In this document: one piece after another, positions 7,868 to 17,808 of the stretch
Position numbering within the stretch: position 1 is the stretch's first letter
Layout: each line of letters starts with the position of its first letter
Source: Dehalococcoidia bacterium
Lineage (GTDB): Bacteria; Chloroflexota; Dehalococcoidia; Bin125
Reading direction: 5' to 3'
NCBI GenBank assembly: GCA_963662615.2
Contig: CAXXSR010000001.1
Span: forward strand, 1 to 64,000
DNA length: 64,000 nt
The notes under the pieces: generated by a model
The model's input: the letters and a program-made list of their open reading frames with translations, nothing else
What the model was told of the DNA's origin: nothing
The model's database searches: none
Made by a program: the position numbers and the translations under genes

Positions 7868-10390
7868 TCAGAGCAGTTCCACCGTTCCCGCCGCCCCATC
7901 AACGCGGATTTGCCGCCCCGTGGCGATGCGTTGGGTCGCAGCTCTGACGTTGACGACGGCCGGGATCCCGAACTCGCGCGCCACGATCGCGCCGTGCGAG
8001 AGCATCCCGCCGATTTCGGTCACTACTGCGCCGGCCAGCGGAAAGAGCGGCGTCCAGCCCGGATCGGTGAACTTTGCCACCAGGATCTCGCCCGCTGCCA
8101 GATCGCTCACCTCCTCTACGCTGGTGGCGACTCTTGCCGCGCCCTGGGCAACGCCAATGGACGCGCCCAGCCCGGTCAGGAGTTCCGTGGCCGAGGCGGG
8201 CGAGGGCGATGGGGGCGCGCCCGGCAGCCCGCTGCCCCAGACCGCGGGCGGCATCTGTTCGCTGTAGATAGCGTACTGCGCCCGTCGGCGCCTGATACGG
8301 CTTCGCAGCCGTCCCACGGTCAGAGCGTCGCGCTGACTGCGGACGAGCCGCTCCAGTTCGTCCTTGAAAAGGAAGAAGATGTCCGTGGGCTCGCGCAGGA
8401 CGCCCCTGTCGACCAGACGGTCCGCGAGCGTCAGCAGAATCCGGCGCTGCTCTTGGACCACGCGGAGCAGATGGAACTTGGGGTTCTCGCGCAGTGGGGT
8501 ATACCGTTGCGCCCATTTCGTGAAGTAACGGACCAGCGCACGTCGTGCGGGAAAGACGCGCTCCCACCAGTGGGCAGTGAGCCGCTTATCGATCTCGCGC
8601 TCTGCTTCCAGCCGACGACGCACCTGACGGTCCATCAGCTTGGCGGCGGACACGGGCGCGGGATTGGAGACATGGCTGCGGAACGTCTTGAGGAGGGGAG
8701 CCGGATCGTCCGACCAGCGCGGCTCCATGAGTTCCAACTCTCCGGCGGAGCGATGCCCGAACGCCGCAAGGTAGGCGTCGATCTCGTGCGCGAGCCATGT
8801 GGTCGCTGGCTCGGAGCGCAGCGTCTGCAGCAGATTGCGGGGCGCGGTGTCGCGCACCACGTCGGCGGCGCGGCGATCCTCCGTCGCGCGCTCCGCGAGT
8901 TGGGAGAGCGCTGGATTGCCCTCCGCCGTGCGGTTATTGGACAGGCCCTGCACAAGCGTCATAGCCAAGCCGCCGCCAGCCAGGAACCGATCCAGGAGGT
9001 AGCTGAGGATCGTGAAGGTGGTATATGCCGCCCCCTGCGCCTCCATGAAGAAGTCGAGGAAACTGTCAAGACGCTCACCACTCGCGATCAGCGCTTGGAG
9101 GAGCTCTTCGTCTCCAAGCACGTCTTTGTCTAGGCGGGCAAGGTCCTCGCGCACTCGTTCGACCCGCTTCTGCTGCGCCGGCCATTCGCGGGGAATGCGC
9201 TGCTGTCGGCGCATGGTGCGCAGGATGAGTGGGAGGTGGCGCAGCATGGCAATGGCGCTGACGCCGCGATCGGTGACCCGGAGCCCTTCCGCCGCGCCCG
9301 CGCCGCCGACGGCCTCCTGCGTGTGGCGCGACGGGGCGCCGAGGCGGTCGACGTTGAGGTGATAGATCAGGCCGAAGTTGAAATAGAGGTAGCCGTCGCG
9401 GAGGGAGACGAAGCGTCGGTCTCGCGTCCACTCGCGGTTGAGGTAGAGCGAGGCGAACCCGTGGTCGAGCGGCTGCGCGCTGAGCGACCAGGTCATGGGG
9501 GTGACCGGCTTGGGGAACACCTCCCCAGCGTTGGCTCGGGTCCAACTGTCATGCGGTTGCGGCGGGTCACGGTCAATGGCCCAGGGGAGGGGTGCCGTGA
9601 GCGCGTCCACGTCCACAGTCCACAAGCCGTCGTCGGTCCACATCCACCCCAGTGTGATCGCTTCGCCGAGCGCGACTTCGGCGCGCTCCAAGACCGCAAT
9701 CACGTCCAGCAGCACGGAAGTGGGCAGCGCGACGTCCGCGCCCGACTCGGCCTCGGTCACGATGCGCTCGCCGTCGCGGGCCAATCGGTAGTGAGCTGCC
9801 GGCCCGACGGCGCTGTGGCCGGAGCTTCGCAGAGGCGCGCCGCCGGACCAAGCGTCAACGTGGAACTCTTCGACGCGGTTCTGACGAGGGTCCTCACTGT
9901 AGGCGATGCCGCGAACCCACGCCGTCGCGGCGCGCTGGACCAGGAGCGCCCCATTTCCGGATTCCGCTGGGGCGCCGTTGTCCGGGCCGGTCGGGCGTTC
10001 CGCGAATTGCGCAAGGGCAGCGTGGAGATGATGCAGCAGCGTCCCCGCATCCCGCAGATGCGCCTGGACGCTCGGGAGCGGGAGATCCGGGTCCGACCTC
10101 GATCCGTTCGCGGTCGCGTCGACTCTAATCATGACTTCCGGCGGACTCCCGATCGCCCGCCAGGCAGCCTCCAGCGACGCCATGTGGTCCGCCATTGGTG
10201 GACGCGCCGCAGCCGAGAGGCCGTCAGCGGCGAGCCCGGTAAGCAACTGCGCTGCCGCGTCGACCGGGATCACGAATCCCGGCGCGACGGGCACGTCGGA
10301 ATCGGCGGCGAGGACCGCCAACATCGCGGTGCGTCGCCCGTACCGCTTGGGGTCGAGCGCCTGCGCGAGTGGCCGCGCGAATTCGTGCAT
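7868..10390 (-). CDS. PEP-utilizing enzyme of PEP synthase/rifamycin phosphotransferase architecture with divergent ATP-grasp domain
   Basis: C-terminal swivel His domain TDPGWTPLF...GGMLSHGAIVAREFGIP; central WTRANAGEVFPKPVTP, FGHRSAGELEL; start at MHEFARP. Confidence 0.88.
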   Translation of the reverse strand: MHEFARPLAQALDPKRYGRRTAMLAVLAADSDVPVAPGFVIPVDAAAQLLTGLAADGLSAAARPPMADHMASLEAAWRAIGSPPEVMIRVDATANGSRSDPDLPLPSVQAHLRDAGTLLHHLHAALAQFAERPTGPDNGAPAESGNGALLVQRAATAWVRGIAYSEDPRQNRVEEFHVDAWSGGAPLRSSGHSAVGPAAHYRLARDGERIVTEAESGADVALPTSVLLDVIAVLERAEVALGEAITLGWMWTDDGLWTVDVDALTAPLPWAIDRDPPQPHDSWTRANAGEVFPKPVTPMTWSLSAQPLDHGFASLYLNREWTRDRRFVSLRDGYLYFNFGLIYHLNVDRLGAPSRHTQEAVGGAGAAEGLRVTDRGVSAIAMLRHLPLILRTMRRQQRIPREWPAQQKRVERVREDLARLDKDVLGDEELLQALIASGERLDSFLDFFMEAQGAAYTTFTILSYLLDRFLAGGGLAMTLVQGLSNNRTAEGNPALSQLAERATEDRRAADVVRDTAPRNLLQTLRSEPATTWLAHEIDAYLAAFGHRSAGELELMEPRWSDDPAPLLKTFRSHVSNPAPVSAAKLMDRQVRRRLEAEREIDKRLTAHWWERVFPARRALVRYFTKWAQRYTPLRENPKFHLLRVVQEQRRILLTLADRLVDRGVLREPTDIFFLFKDELERLVRSQRDALTVGRLRSRIRRRRAQYAIYSEQMPPAVWGSGLPGAPPSPSPASATELLTGLGASIGVAQGAARVATSVEEVSDLAAGEILVAKFTDPGWTPLFPLAGAVVTEIGGMLSHGAIVAREFGIPAVVNVRAATQRIATGRQIRVDGAAGTVELL

Positions 10391-10481
10391 GCGCACGTAG
10401 GATACGGGGGTGCGAGGGCTCGGCGCGCGCCAGCCCTGGACCTCTGCGATCAAGGGCGGTGGAAGAGGCGGGAGCGGGGCG

Positions 10482-11489
10482 GTGAACGAAGGGAAATTGC
10501 CCGCCGAGACCCTTGACGCGTTGCTAGCAGGGCTGCCGCTTGATGGCCGCGTGCGATTGGGACCGGGGACAGGGCGCGACGCGGCCGTGGTGGCGCTTGC
10601 GGATCGGTACTTGGTGCTGGCCGCGGATCCGGTCTCGTTCACCAGCGCGCGCATCGGCTGGTACGCGGTGCATGTGAATGCCAATGACGTGGCCTGCCTC
10701 GGCGGCGAGCCTCGCTGGTTCCTGGCGACGGTTCTGCTTCCCCTGGGTGTGGAAGCTGACGCCGTTGCGACCATCTTCGCTGACCTGCGTGCGGCCTGCG
10801 CGGAGGTGGGCGCCACGTTGGTGGGAGGACACACGGAGATCAGCGCTGCGGTATCGCAGGCGGTGATCGGCGGGGCGATAATCGGGGAGGCGCCGCTCGA
10901 CCGGCTCTTTCCCAGTGACGCTAGCGAGCCCGGGGATGCGCTGCTGCAGGTTGGCCCGGTGGCGATTGAGGGGACGGCGCTCTTGGCTCATGAGGCCGCC
11001 GATCGCCTTCGTGGCGCCGGCCTCTCCGCGGCCGAGATCTCCGCCGCGGCCGCGCTTCTGGTGGAGCCCGGCATCACCGTGCTGCCGGCAGCGCGCACGG
11101 TCTGGGAGCTGCCCGGCGTCCACTCGCTGCACGACCCCACGGAAGGGGGGATCGCGACAGGGTGTCTGGAGGTCGCGGAAGCCGCCGGTGTGGGGATCAC
11201 CCTCTTCGCGGAGCAAATTGTGAGCCACTCGCTGACGACGCGCGTCGCGGCGGCGTTAGGCGTTGATTGGCTGGGGTTGCTTGCGTCCGGGTCACTGCTC
11301 GTGACGATGGCGCCGGACTGCGTCGATCGGGCGCTGCAGAAGCTACATAATGCCGGTCACCGCGCGGCAATGATCGGGCGGATTGGGGCCCGCGGGGATG
11401 CCGCTATACTCCAGGCAGGCGGGGAGCCCCGCCCTCTTCTCCGCTTTCCTCGCGATGAAGTGGTGCGGGTCTTGGGGCGTGATTCCTGA
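10482..11489 (+). CDS. AIR synthase-related (PurM/HypE/ThiL/SelD fold) protein
   Basis: GPGTGRDAAV, HVNANDVA, VGGHTE, LHDPTEGG, LLASGSL; lacks the HypE C-terminal PRIC. Confidence 0.88.
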   Translation: MNEGKLPAETLDALLAGLPLDGRVRLGPGTGRDAAVVALADRYLVLAADPVSFTSARIGWYAVHVNANDVACLGGEPRWFLATVLLPLGVEADAVATIFADLRAACAEVGATLVGGHTEISAAVSQAVIGGAIIGEAPLDRLFPSDASEPGDALLQVGPVAIEGTALLAHEAADRLRGAGLSAAEISAAAALLVEPGITVLPAARTVWELPGVHSLHDPTEGGIATGCLEVAEAAGVGITLFAEQIVSHSLTTRVAAALGVDWLGLLASGSLLVTMAPDCVDRALQKLHNAGHRAAMIGRIGARGDAAILQAGGEPRPLLRFPRDEVVRVLGRDS

Positions 11490-11578
11490 GCGCCGGCAGG
11501 CTACGCCTGCACGGTTGGGGGGCGTCCACCGGTGAGGGGCGGCCGGCGCGGATCCCGAGTGCCGGGAAGGGATGCGGC

Positions 11579-12976
11579 ATGGCGAGCGAAGCGCGAACCG
11601 TTGGCGACCTTCGCAACAGCGGCTTCACATCCTTGTCGCTGCGAGACGAGATGCGCAAGAACCTCGTCTCGAAGATTCGCTCTGGCGAGCCCCTGTTTCC
11701 GAGCATCTTGGGCTTTGAGGAGACCGTCATCCCCGCCCTGCAGAATGCCATCTTGGCAGGCCAGGACGTGATCTTCCTGGGAGAGCGGGGTCAGGCCAAA
11801 AGTCGCCTCATGCGATCCATGACTTCCTTGCTGGACGAGGAGATCCCGGTGTTGGACGGACCGGAGATCCCCGAAGACCCCTTCCGGCCGATCTCACACA
11901 GCGGTCGCGCGCTGATTGAGGCGCAAGGGGATGGCGCGCCGATCCGCTGGATCGGCCGGGAGGAGCGCTACGCCGAGAAGCTCGCCACGCCCGACATCAC
12001 GATCGCCGATCTGATCGGTGAAGTTGATCCGATCAAGGTGGCGGAAGGGCGTTACCTTTCGGACGAGCTGACCATCCACTATGGCCTCATCCCGCGCGCC
12101 AACCGCGGCATTTTCTCCATCAACGAACTTCCGGATCTGGCCGAGCGCATTCAAGTGGGGCTTCTCAACATCATGGAAGAGCGCGACGTGCAGATTCGTG
12201 GCTTCCGCGTGCGCCTGTTGCTGGATGTCGTCGTCCTTGCCAGCGCGAATCCTGAGGACTACACCAATCGCGGTCGCATCATTACGCCATTGAAAGACCG
12301 CTATGGCGCGCAGATTCGCACTCACTATCCGCTGGACGTGGGCAAGGAAGTGAGCATCATGCGGCAAAAGGTGACGCCGCTGTCGGTCGGCGGGATGCAC
12401 GTCTCCATTCCGGACTACATGGAGGAGATTGTGGCAGAGGTCACGCGCCTCGCGCGACGGAGTCCCGACGTCAGCCAAAGTTCGGGCGTGTCGGTGCGGG
12501 CGTCCATCGCCGGCTTCGAGACGGTAGTCGCCAACGCCGCGCGGCGGGCCATCACGCTGGACGAGACGCAGATCGTGCCGCGGATTAGCGACCTGCCGCG
12601 CATCATGTCCGCAATTCAAGGAAAGATAGAGCTGGAGACCGTGGAGGACGGGCACGACGAGCAGATTATCGAGAAGCTGATTCAGGGGGCTGTGGTGGCC
12701 GTCTTCAACCGCCGCTTCAACGTGGTTGATCTGGAAGAGGTGGCGGGCAGCTTCAGGATGGGTGTCTCAGTGGAGGTGGGGGAAGGGATGCCGTCGGAGG
12801 CGTACGCGCGCCTCCTCCAGCGTGTTGAGGGGCTGCGCGAGGCGCTGCAGCCGCTCAGCGTGGGGGAGGACCCGGCGTTGGTCGCTGCCGCGGTGGAGTT
12901 CCTTCTGGAGGGCCTCCACCTCAACAAGCGTTTAAACAAGAGTCAGATCGGCGACCGCATCCAGTATCGCGGCTGA
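11579..12976 (+). CDS. Mg-chelatase-like AAA+ ATPase
   Basis: Walker A variant GERGQAKS, INELPDL, SANPEDYTNRGRIITPLKDR. Confidence 0.92.
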   Translation: MASEARTVGDLRNSGFTSLSLRDEMRKNLVSKIRSGEPLFPSILGFEETVIPALQNAILAGQDVIFLGERGQAKSRLMRSMTSLLDEEIPVLDGPEIPEDPFRPISHSGRALIEAQGDGAPIRWIGREERYAEKLATPDITIADLIGEVDPIKVAEGRYLSDELTIHYGLIPRANRGIFSINELPDLAERIQVGLLNIMEERDVQIRGFRVRLLLDVVVLASANPEDYTNRGRIITPLKDRYGAQIRTHYPLDVGKEVSIMRQKVTPLSVGGMHVSIPDYMEEIVAEVTRLARRSPDVSQSSGVSVRASIAGFETVVANAARRAITLDETQIVPRISDLPRIMSAIQGKIELETVEDGHDEQIIEKLIQGAVVAVFNRRFNVVDLEEVAGSFRMGVSVEVGEGMPSEAYARLLQRVEGLREALQPLSVGEDPALVAAAVEFLLEGLHLNKRLNKSQIGDRIQYRG

Positions 12977-13023
12977 CGCCCTCAGCGTCGCCGCATGAAG
13001 CGTTGTTCAGTCGAGAGGCATCA

Positions 13024-15231
13024 ATGACCTTGCGATACCGCTACTCGGAGTGGGATGGCACCCAGGAGATTCCGCCTCTCGATGCCGATGAGGTGCTGGC
13101 CGGCCTGACGGATGACCTCATGAACTTCGGCGACCTCCAGCACGCCCTGCGCAACATGATGCAACGGGGGATGCGCATGCCCTCGGGCGACCGCATGCGG
13201 GGCCTGCGTGATCTCCTCCAGCGACTGCGCCAGCAGCGGCGGCAGGCGCTTGATCGCTTCGATCTGTCGTCAGTGTTCGAGGATCTGCAACACCAGATCG
13301 ACGAGGTGATCGACCTGGAGCGGGACACCTTGGAGGAACGCGGAGACGAGGCCGATCGGCAGCGGCCTCGTCCGGCCGCCCCTGATTCTGGAGATGCGGC
13401 CGACAATGCCAATGCCGCAAGCGCCGACGCGGGGGACGACATCCGCCGCGATTCCGGCGAGGCGGCGGCGGCGGCCGGCTCGCGGGGTGACGCTTCGGAG
13501 AGAGGGCGTCGCGGGTCGCAGCAGAGCCGGCAATCATCAGGCGGTCAGAGCAGCGCGGGCGGGGAGAAAGCCGCATTGGCGGAGATGCTGCACAACATTG
13601 TGGAGCGCAAGCGGCGGTTCTTGGACGGCCTGCCCGACGACGCGCCCGGTCGCGTGCGGGATCTCCAGAACTACGAGTTCATGAATCCGGAGGCGCGGGA
13701 GAAGTATCAGCAGCTCCTCGAGTCCTTGAAGCAGCAGATGCTCAACACGTTCTTCCGGGATTTCTCCCAGATGATTGAAAGCATGTCCTCGGAGGATACG
13801 GATCGCATGCGGCAGATGGTTCGCGATCTCAATCAGATGCTCCAAGACCGCATGGCAGGGCGAGAGCCCGAGTTCGACGCGTTCATGGATGAGTACGGGG
13901 ATCTTTTCGGTGATGATCCGCCGCGCACTCTTGACGAATTAGTCGAACAGTTGCAGCGGCAGGCGGCAATGATGCAGAACCTCCTGGACTCGTTGCCGGG
14001 CGACATGCGCCGGCAGCTCCAGGACCTGGTTGGTGACCGCATGGCCGAAGCCGGCCTGGACGACGAGTTGGGCGAGCTGGCCAGCAACTTAGAGGCGCTC
14101 TACCCCATGCGGGAGCTGCGCAATCAGTACCCGTTCCGGGGAGATGAGGAGTTCGATCTGCAGGCCGCCATGAACCTCATGGGGGACATGCAGGAAATGG
14201 ACGAGCTTGAGCGCCAACTGGAGCGGACCCAGTACGGCGGCGACCTTGGAGACATTGACGCCGAGCGCTTGGAAGAGCTGTTGGGTGACGAGGCGCGGGA
14301 CACGCTTGACCAACTACAGGCGCTGCTGAAGAGCCTGGAGGATGCGGGTTACATCCGGAAGAAGGGAACCGTGTGGGAACTGACCCCGCGCGGTAATCGC
14401 AAGATCGGTCAGAAGGCGCTGGCGGAGATCTATGCGAATCTGAAGCGCCAGAACTTCGGCAAGCACAATGTCGCGGAGGTGGGCCGCGCCGGCGAACGCG
14501 TCGACGACATCAAACAGTACGAGTTCGGCGATCCGTTCCATCTCGATCTCAAGCAGACCATCATGAACGCGATCTACCGGGATGAAGCGTCGGTGCCGGT
14601 CACGTTGCACCCGGATGACTTCCAGGTCTACCGGACGGAGACGCTGACGCAGACAGCCACCGTGTTGATGCTGGACCTCTCCTGGTCAATGGCGTTGCGG
14701 GGGTCGTTCCAGGCGGCGAAGAAAGTCGCGTTGGCGTTGAACAATCTCATTCGTCTCCGCTATCCGCGCGACAGTCTCTACCTGGTTGGCTTCAGCGCCT
14801 ACGCCCGCGAGCTGAAGGCGGAAGAACTTCCCTACGTCCGCTGGGATGAGACCGTGTTGGGCACGAACATGCATCACGCGTTGATCATCGCGCAGCGGCT
14901 CCTGGCCCGGCACAAGATCGGAACGCGGCAGGTCATCATGATCAGCGATGGCGAGCCGACCGCCCATCTCGAGCGCGGCCGAAGCTGTTTCGCCTATCCG
15001 CCAAGCCCGATCACAATCCGCGAGACCCTCAAGGAAGTGAAGCACTGCACGCGGAAGGACATCGTGATCAACATCTTCATGTTGGACCGCAACTATTACT
15101 TGAAGGAGTTCGTGGGTCAGGTGGCCAGAATCAATCGTGGCCGGGTCTTCTACACGACCCCCGATCAGCTCGGCGAGTACATCCTGGTGGATTTCGTCAG
15201 CAACAAGCGCAAGAGTTTGAGGACAGCCTAG
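13024..15231 (+). CDS. VWA domain protein (AAA+ partner)
   Basis: RYSEWDGTQ N-terminus, MIDAS DLSWSM, GTNMHHAL, ISDGEPTAH. Confidence 0.92.
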   Translation: MTLRYRYSEWDGTQEIPPLDADEVLAGLTDDLMNFGDLQHALRNMMQRGMRMPSGDRMRGLRDLLQRLRQQRRQALDRFDLSSVFEDLQHQIDEVIDLERDTLEERGDEADRQRPRPAAPDSGDAADNANAASADAGDDIRRDSGEAAAAAGSRGDASERGRRGSQQSRQSSGGQSSAGGEKAALAEMLHNIVERKRRFLDGLPDDAPGRVRDLQNYEFMNPEAREKYQQLLESLKQQMLNTFFRDFSQMIESMSSEDTDRMRQMVRDLNQMLQDRMAGREPEFDAFMDEYGDLFGDDPPRTLDELVEQLQRQAAMMQNLLDSLPGDMRRQLQDLVGDRMAEAGLDDELGELASNLEALYPMRELRNQYPFRGDEEFDLQAAMNLMGDMQEMDELERQLERTQYGGDLGDIDAERLEELLGDEARDTLDQLQALLKSLEDAGYIRKKGTVWELTPRGNRKIGQKALAEIYANLKRQNFGKHNVAEVGRAGERVDDIKQYEFGDPFHLDLKQTIMNAIYRDEASVPVTLHPDDFQVYRTETLTQTATVLMLDLSWSMALRGSFQAAKKVALALNNLIRLRYPRDSLYLVGFSAYARELKAEELPYVRWDETVLGTNMHHALIIAQRLLARHKIGTRQVIMISDGEPTAHLERGRSCFAYPPSPITIRETLKEVKHCTRKDIVINIFMLDRNYYLKEFVGQVARINRGRVFYTTPDQLGEYILVDFVSNKRKSLRTA

Positions 15232-15471
15232 GGCGTCAGACCGCTCTCCGGCGGTCGTAGACTTCGCGGAGACGGTGCTGGGCGTCCGCGCCGCGGTCGG
15301 GCGCCTGGACGTGGCGACGTCCTGATGGTCTACGGGTCCACGAAGCCGATTGGGGAACGGTCCGCAGCGGAGAAGGGCACAGTCTCCGCAGGACCAACTG
15401 CCGGGGTCCGCGCGCCAAGCCCGCCAGGAGGCGGGGGCGGCTGCAACCTGCGTGGAACCGGGATTCGGGGG

Positions 15472-15993
15472 CTAGTCGTCGTCAAGCGCTCCGCCCTCGC
15501 GAGTAGTGATGTAGTCGTGCCAGCGCTGGGCAAAGAACCGCAGGCCGCGACGGTAGGCGAAGTCCTGCGCCAGGACGTTGCCGAGGTACGAGGCGATGTA
15601 GTAGGAGCCCACGATCAGGAAGGCGATGGCGAAGAACTTGGTCCAGGAGGGGAGGACCAGGATTAACCCCACGGAGATGGCCGCACCAATGAGGAGTCCC
15701 ATCCAGGCGGCGCCATGGATATAGCGCGCCTCTCGTCCGCGCTTGGCGGTGTAAATGGCGGCCAGGGTCGGCGAGATCTTGTCGCGCGGAGGGTGCTCCT
15801 CCACGGACGTGGCGCAAGAGGGGCAGCGGGTTGCGTCGCGGTCAAGAGGCGCGCTGCAGTAGCTGCAAAAGCGTCCCAGGTTGGGCGCCTTACCGTCCCG
15901 AATGTCGGCGATCAGTTGATCCAAGCCGGCATCAAAGGGGACGTCACGGGTGGGGACGAAGCGGCCGTCGATGATCGTGGGCTGTGGGGTCAC
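15472..15993 (-). CDS. zinc-ribbon membrane protein
   Basis: CSYC and CPSC pairs followed by two TM helices; GTGA overlap with upstream gene. Confidence 0.8.
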   Translation of the reverse strand: MTPQPTIIDGRFVPTRDVPFDAGLDQLIADIRDGKAPNLGRFCSYCSAPLDRDATRCPSCATSVEEHPPRDKISPTLAAIYTAKRGREARYIHGAAWMGLLIGAAISVGLILVLPSWTKFFAIAFLIVGSYYIASYLGNVLAQDFAYRRGLRFFAQRWHDYITTREGGALDDD

Positions 15994-16442
15994 GAGTCCG
16001 CCGATCCAGAGGGGCGGCGGTTCGGCGCCCATTCGAAGAGCTGGTAGAGCACGCCCCCGCTGTCGCGGGGATGGATAAACGTCTGCTTCCAGTCGCCATC
16101 GGACCAGACACCGCGATGTGGCTCAATGCCCATTTCCTCGCGCAGGTATGCAACGGCCTTCTCGACATCGTCCACCTCAACCGTGATGTGGTGGACGCCG
16201 GGACCACGCTCCTGCAGGAATGTGCGGAGGAAGGAATCGTCACCGGCCGGTTCCAGGATCTCGAACTGTCCCTGATCGTTGGGCATGTCAAGGAGCGCGG
16301 CACGGTAGCCCTCTTCTTCTGACGTGGCCCAGTGATTCAGACGCAAGCCGAACAGCTTCATGTAGAAGGTGACCGCCTCGGCTGCGTCCGGCACAACGAT
16401 GCTGATGTGGTCGAAGCGTTTCCAGCCCAACTGCTTCGGCAC
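15990..16442 (-). CDS. VOC family protein, methylmalonyl-CoA epimerase-like
   Basis: DHISIVV, EILEP, GPGVHHITVEVDD, FIHP. Confidence 0.88.
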   Translation of the reverse strand: MPKQLGWKRFDHISIVVPDAAEAVTFYMKLFGLRLNHWATSEEEGYRAALLDMPNDQGQFEILEPAGDDSFLRTFLQERGPGVHHITVEVDDVEKAVAYLREEMGIEPHRGVWSDGDWKQTFIHPRDSGGVLYQLFEWAPNRRPSGSADS

Positions 16443-16836
16443 CCGTCACCTCCCGTCTCCCGGCTTCTGCCGCCATGATGGGAGTCGTATCCAGGCAGGG
16501 TCAATCGCCTGGGGTCCGCACTCCGATCGCGAGTACAGAGGGCCACGCCACCGTCCACCGATCCGACTGCACGGGTACACTCGGCGGGGCAGGGCGAGCG
16601 GCGTCGAAGATTCGAATGCAGTACAGGGGCGGCCGTCTGATTGCAACGACAGGGCGGATCATCAGGACAATGCATGCTCCTGTCGGCGCTGCTGGCTTGG
16701 GGCGTGCGCGTGGCTGCCGGAGACGCGCAGGGCGGCAAGCGCCGCCACTAGCGGATGAGGGGCATGCTGGCGACCTCGTCGCCAAGTGGATGAATGGGCG
16801 GGACGTGCAAGCGCAGATTTGCGGCGCCTGGGCGCG

Positions 16837-17787
16837 ATGAACCGATTCCATCGCGCCCTCTTCATCGTCAACCCGGCCGCAGGTGCGCTGCCGTCGCGGC
16901 GACGGCTGGACGCGGCCATCGGCACGGTCTGCGCCGAGTTCGGAATCCAGGCCGACGTGGTGCTGACCGCTGCGCCCGGCCACGCGACGGAGCTGGCGGC
17001 CCGAGCAGAGGCCGATGTGATCGTCGCTTGCGGCGGCGATGGCACGCTCAACGAGATCATCAATGGCGTCCGTTCGCCGGCGGTGCGGGTGGGACAGATT
17101 CCGGGAGGCACCGCCAACGTCTGGGCCAAAGAGGCCGGCATCCCCCGCGACCCTGCGGAAGCGCTGCGGGCGCAGCTGAGCGGTCCTTCACTCCCCCTCG
17201 ACGTTGGCCGCATTGGCGCTCGTCGCTTTTTGCTGATGGCAAGCTACGGGCTGGACGCCGCCGCCGTCGCCGCGGTGCGACCTGGCTTGAAGCGGCGTCT
17301 GGGGCCGCTGGCCTACATCATCTCCGGCTTTCAAGTGGGGGTCCGCTATCCAGGCTTCGAAGTGACGCTGCAATTCGATGACGGCCCGCCGCAGCATGTT
17401 GAGGCCACGATGATGCTCTTCGCGAATACCCGCCTCTACGGAGGGCTGGCGCCCATTGCGCGGGAGGCGTCCGCCGTGGACGGGCTGCTGGACTGCGTTG
17501 TATTCCTGGGCCACGGCCCGGCCCTGACGCTACGGATGATCCCCATGGTCGTCTGGGGGCGGCATCTGCAATCGGAGAGGGTGCTCTACCGCCGGGCCCG
17601 ACGGATTCGGATCGCGCCGCTGCAGGGCGGTGCCCTTCCCCCGCTGCAGGTAGACGGAGACGCGACCGAGATGCAGTCCCCGAGAGGCGGAGCACCGCCG
17701 GCGAGCGAGCCAGTCATGATGACTGTCGATCATCACGCCGTAACGCTGTTCGTGCCCTGCCCCGAGCGCCCCCTGTTTCAGACCTGA
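16837..17787 (+). CDS. diacylglycerol kinase-family lipid kinase
   Basis: IVNPAAG, GGDGTLNE, PGGTAN, LDVG, NTRLYGG, QVDGD. Confidence 0.92.
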   Translation: MNRFHRALFIVNPAAGALPSRRRLDAAIGTVCAEFGIQADVVLTAAPGHATELAARAEADVIVACGGDGTLNEIINGVRSPAVRVGQIPGGTANVWAKEAGIPRDPAEALRAQLSGPSLPLDVGRIGARRFLLMASYGLDAAAVAAVRPGLKRRLGPLAYIISGFQVGVRYPGFEVTLQFDDGPPQHVEATMMLFANTRLYGGLAPIAREASAVDGLLDCVVFLGHGPALTLRMIPMVVWGRHLQSERVLYRRARRIRIAPLQGGALPPLQVDGDATEMQSPRGGAPPASEPVMMTVDHHAVTLFVPCPERPLFQT

Positions 17788-17808
17788 GCCGGGCTATCGC
17801 CAGGCATG

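Noticed and set aside
7868-10390. rifamycin resistance gene (rph)
   Set aside because: Architecture is shared by many uncharacterised enzymes and the ATP-grasp motifs are degenerate
10391-10834. N-terminal extension of the 988-aa ORF
   Set aside because: Antisense shadow of the AIR-synthase-like gene; domain similarity starts near MHEFARP
10482-11489. hypE, thiL or second selD assignment
   Set aside because: No C-terminal PRIC, no hydrogenase genes nearby, no SelD Cys/Sec-x-x-Lys motif
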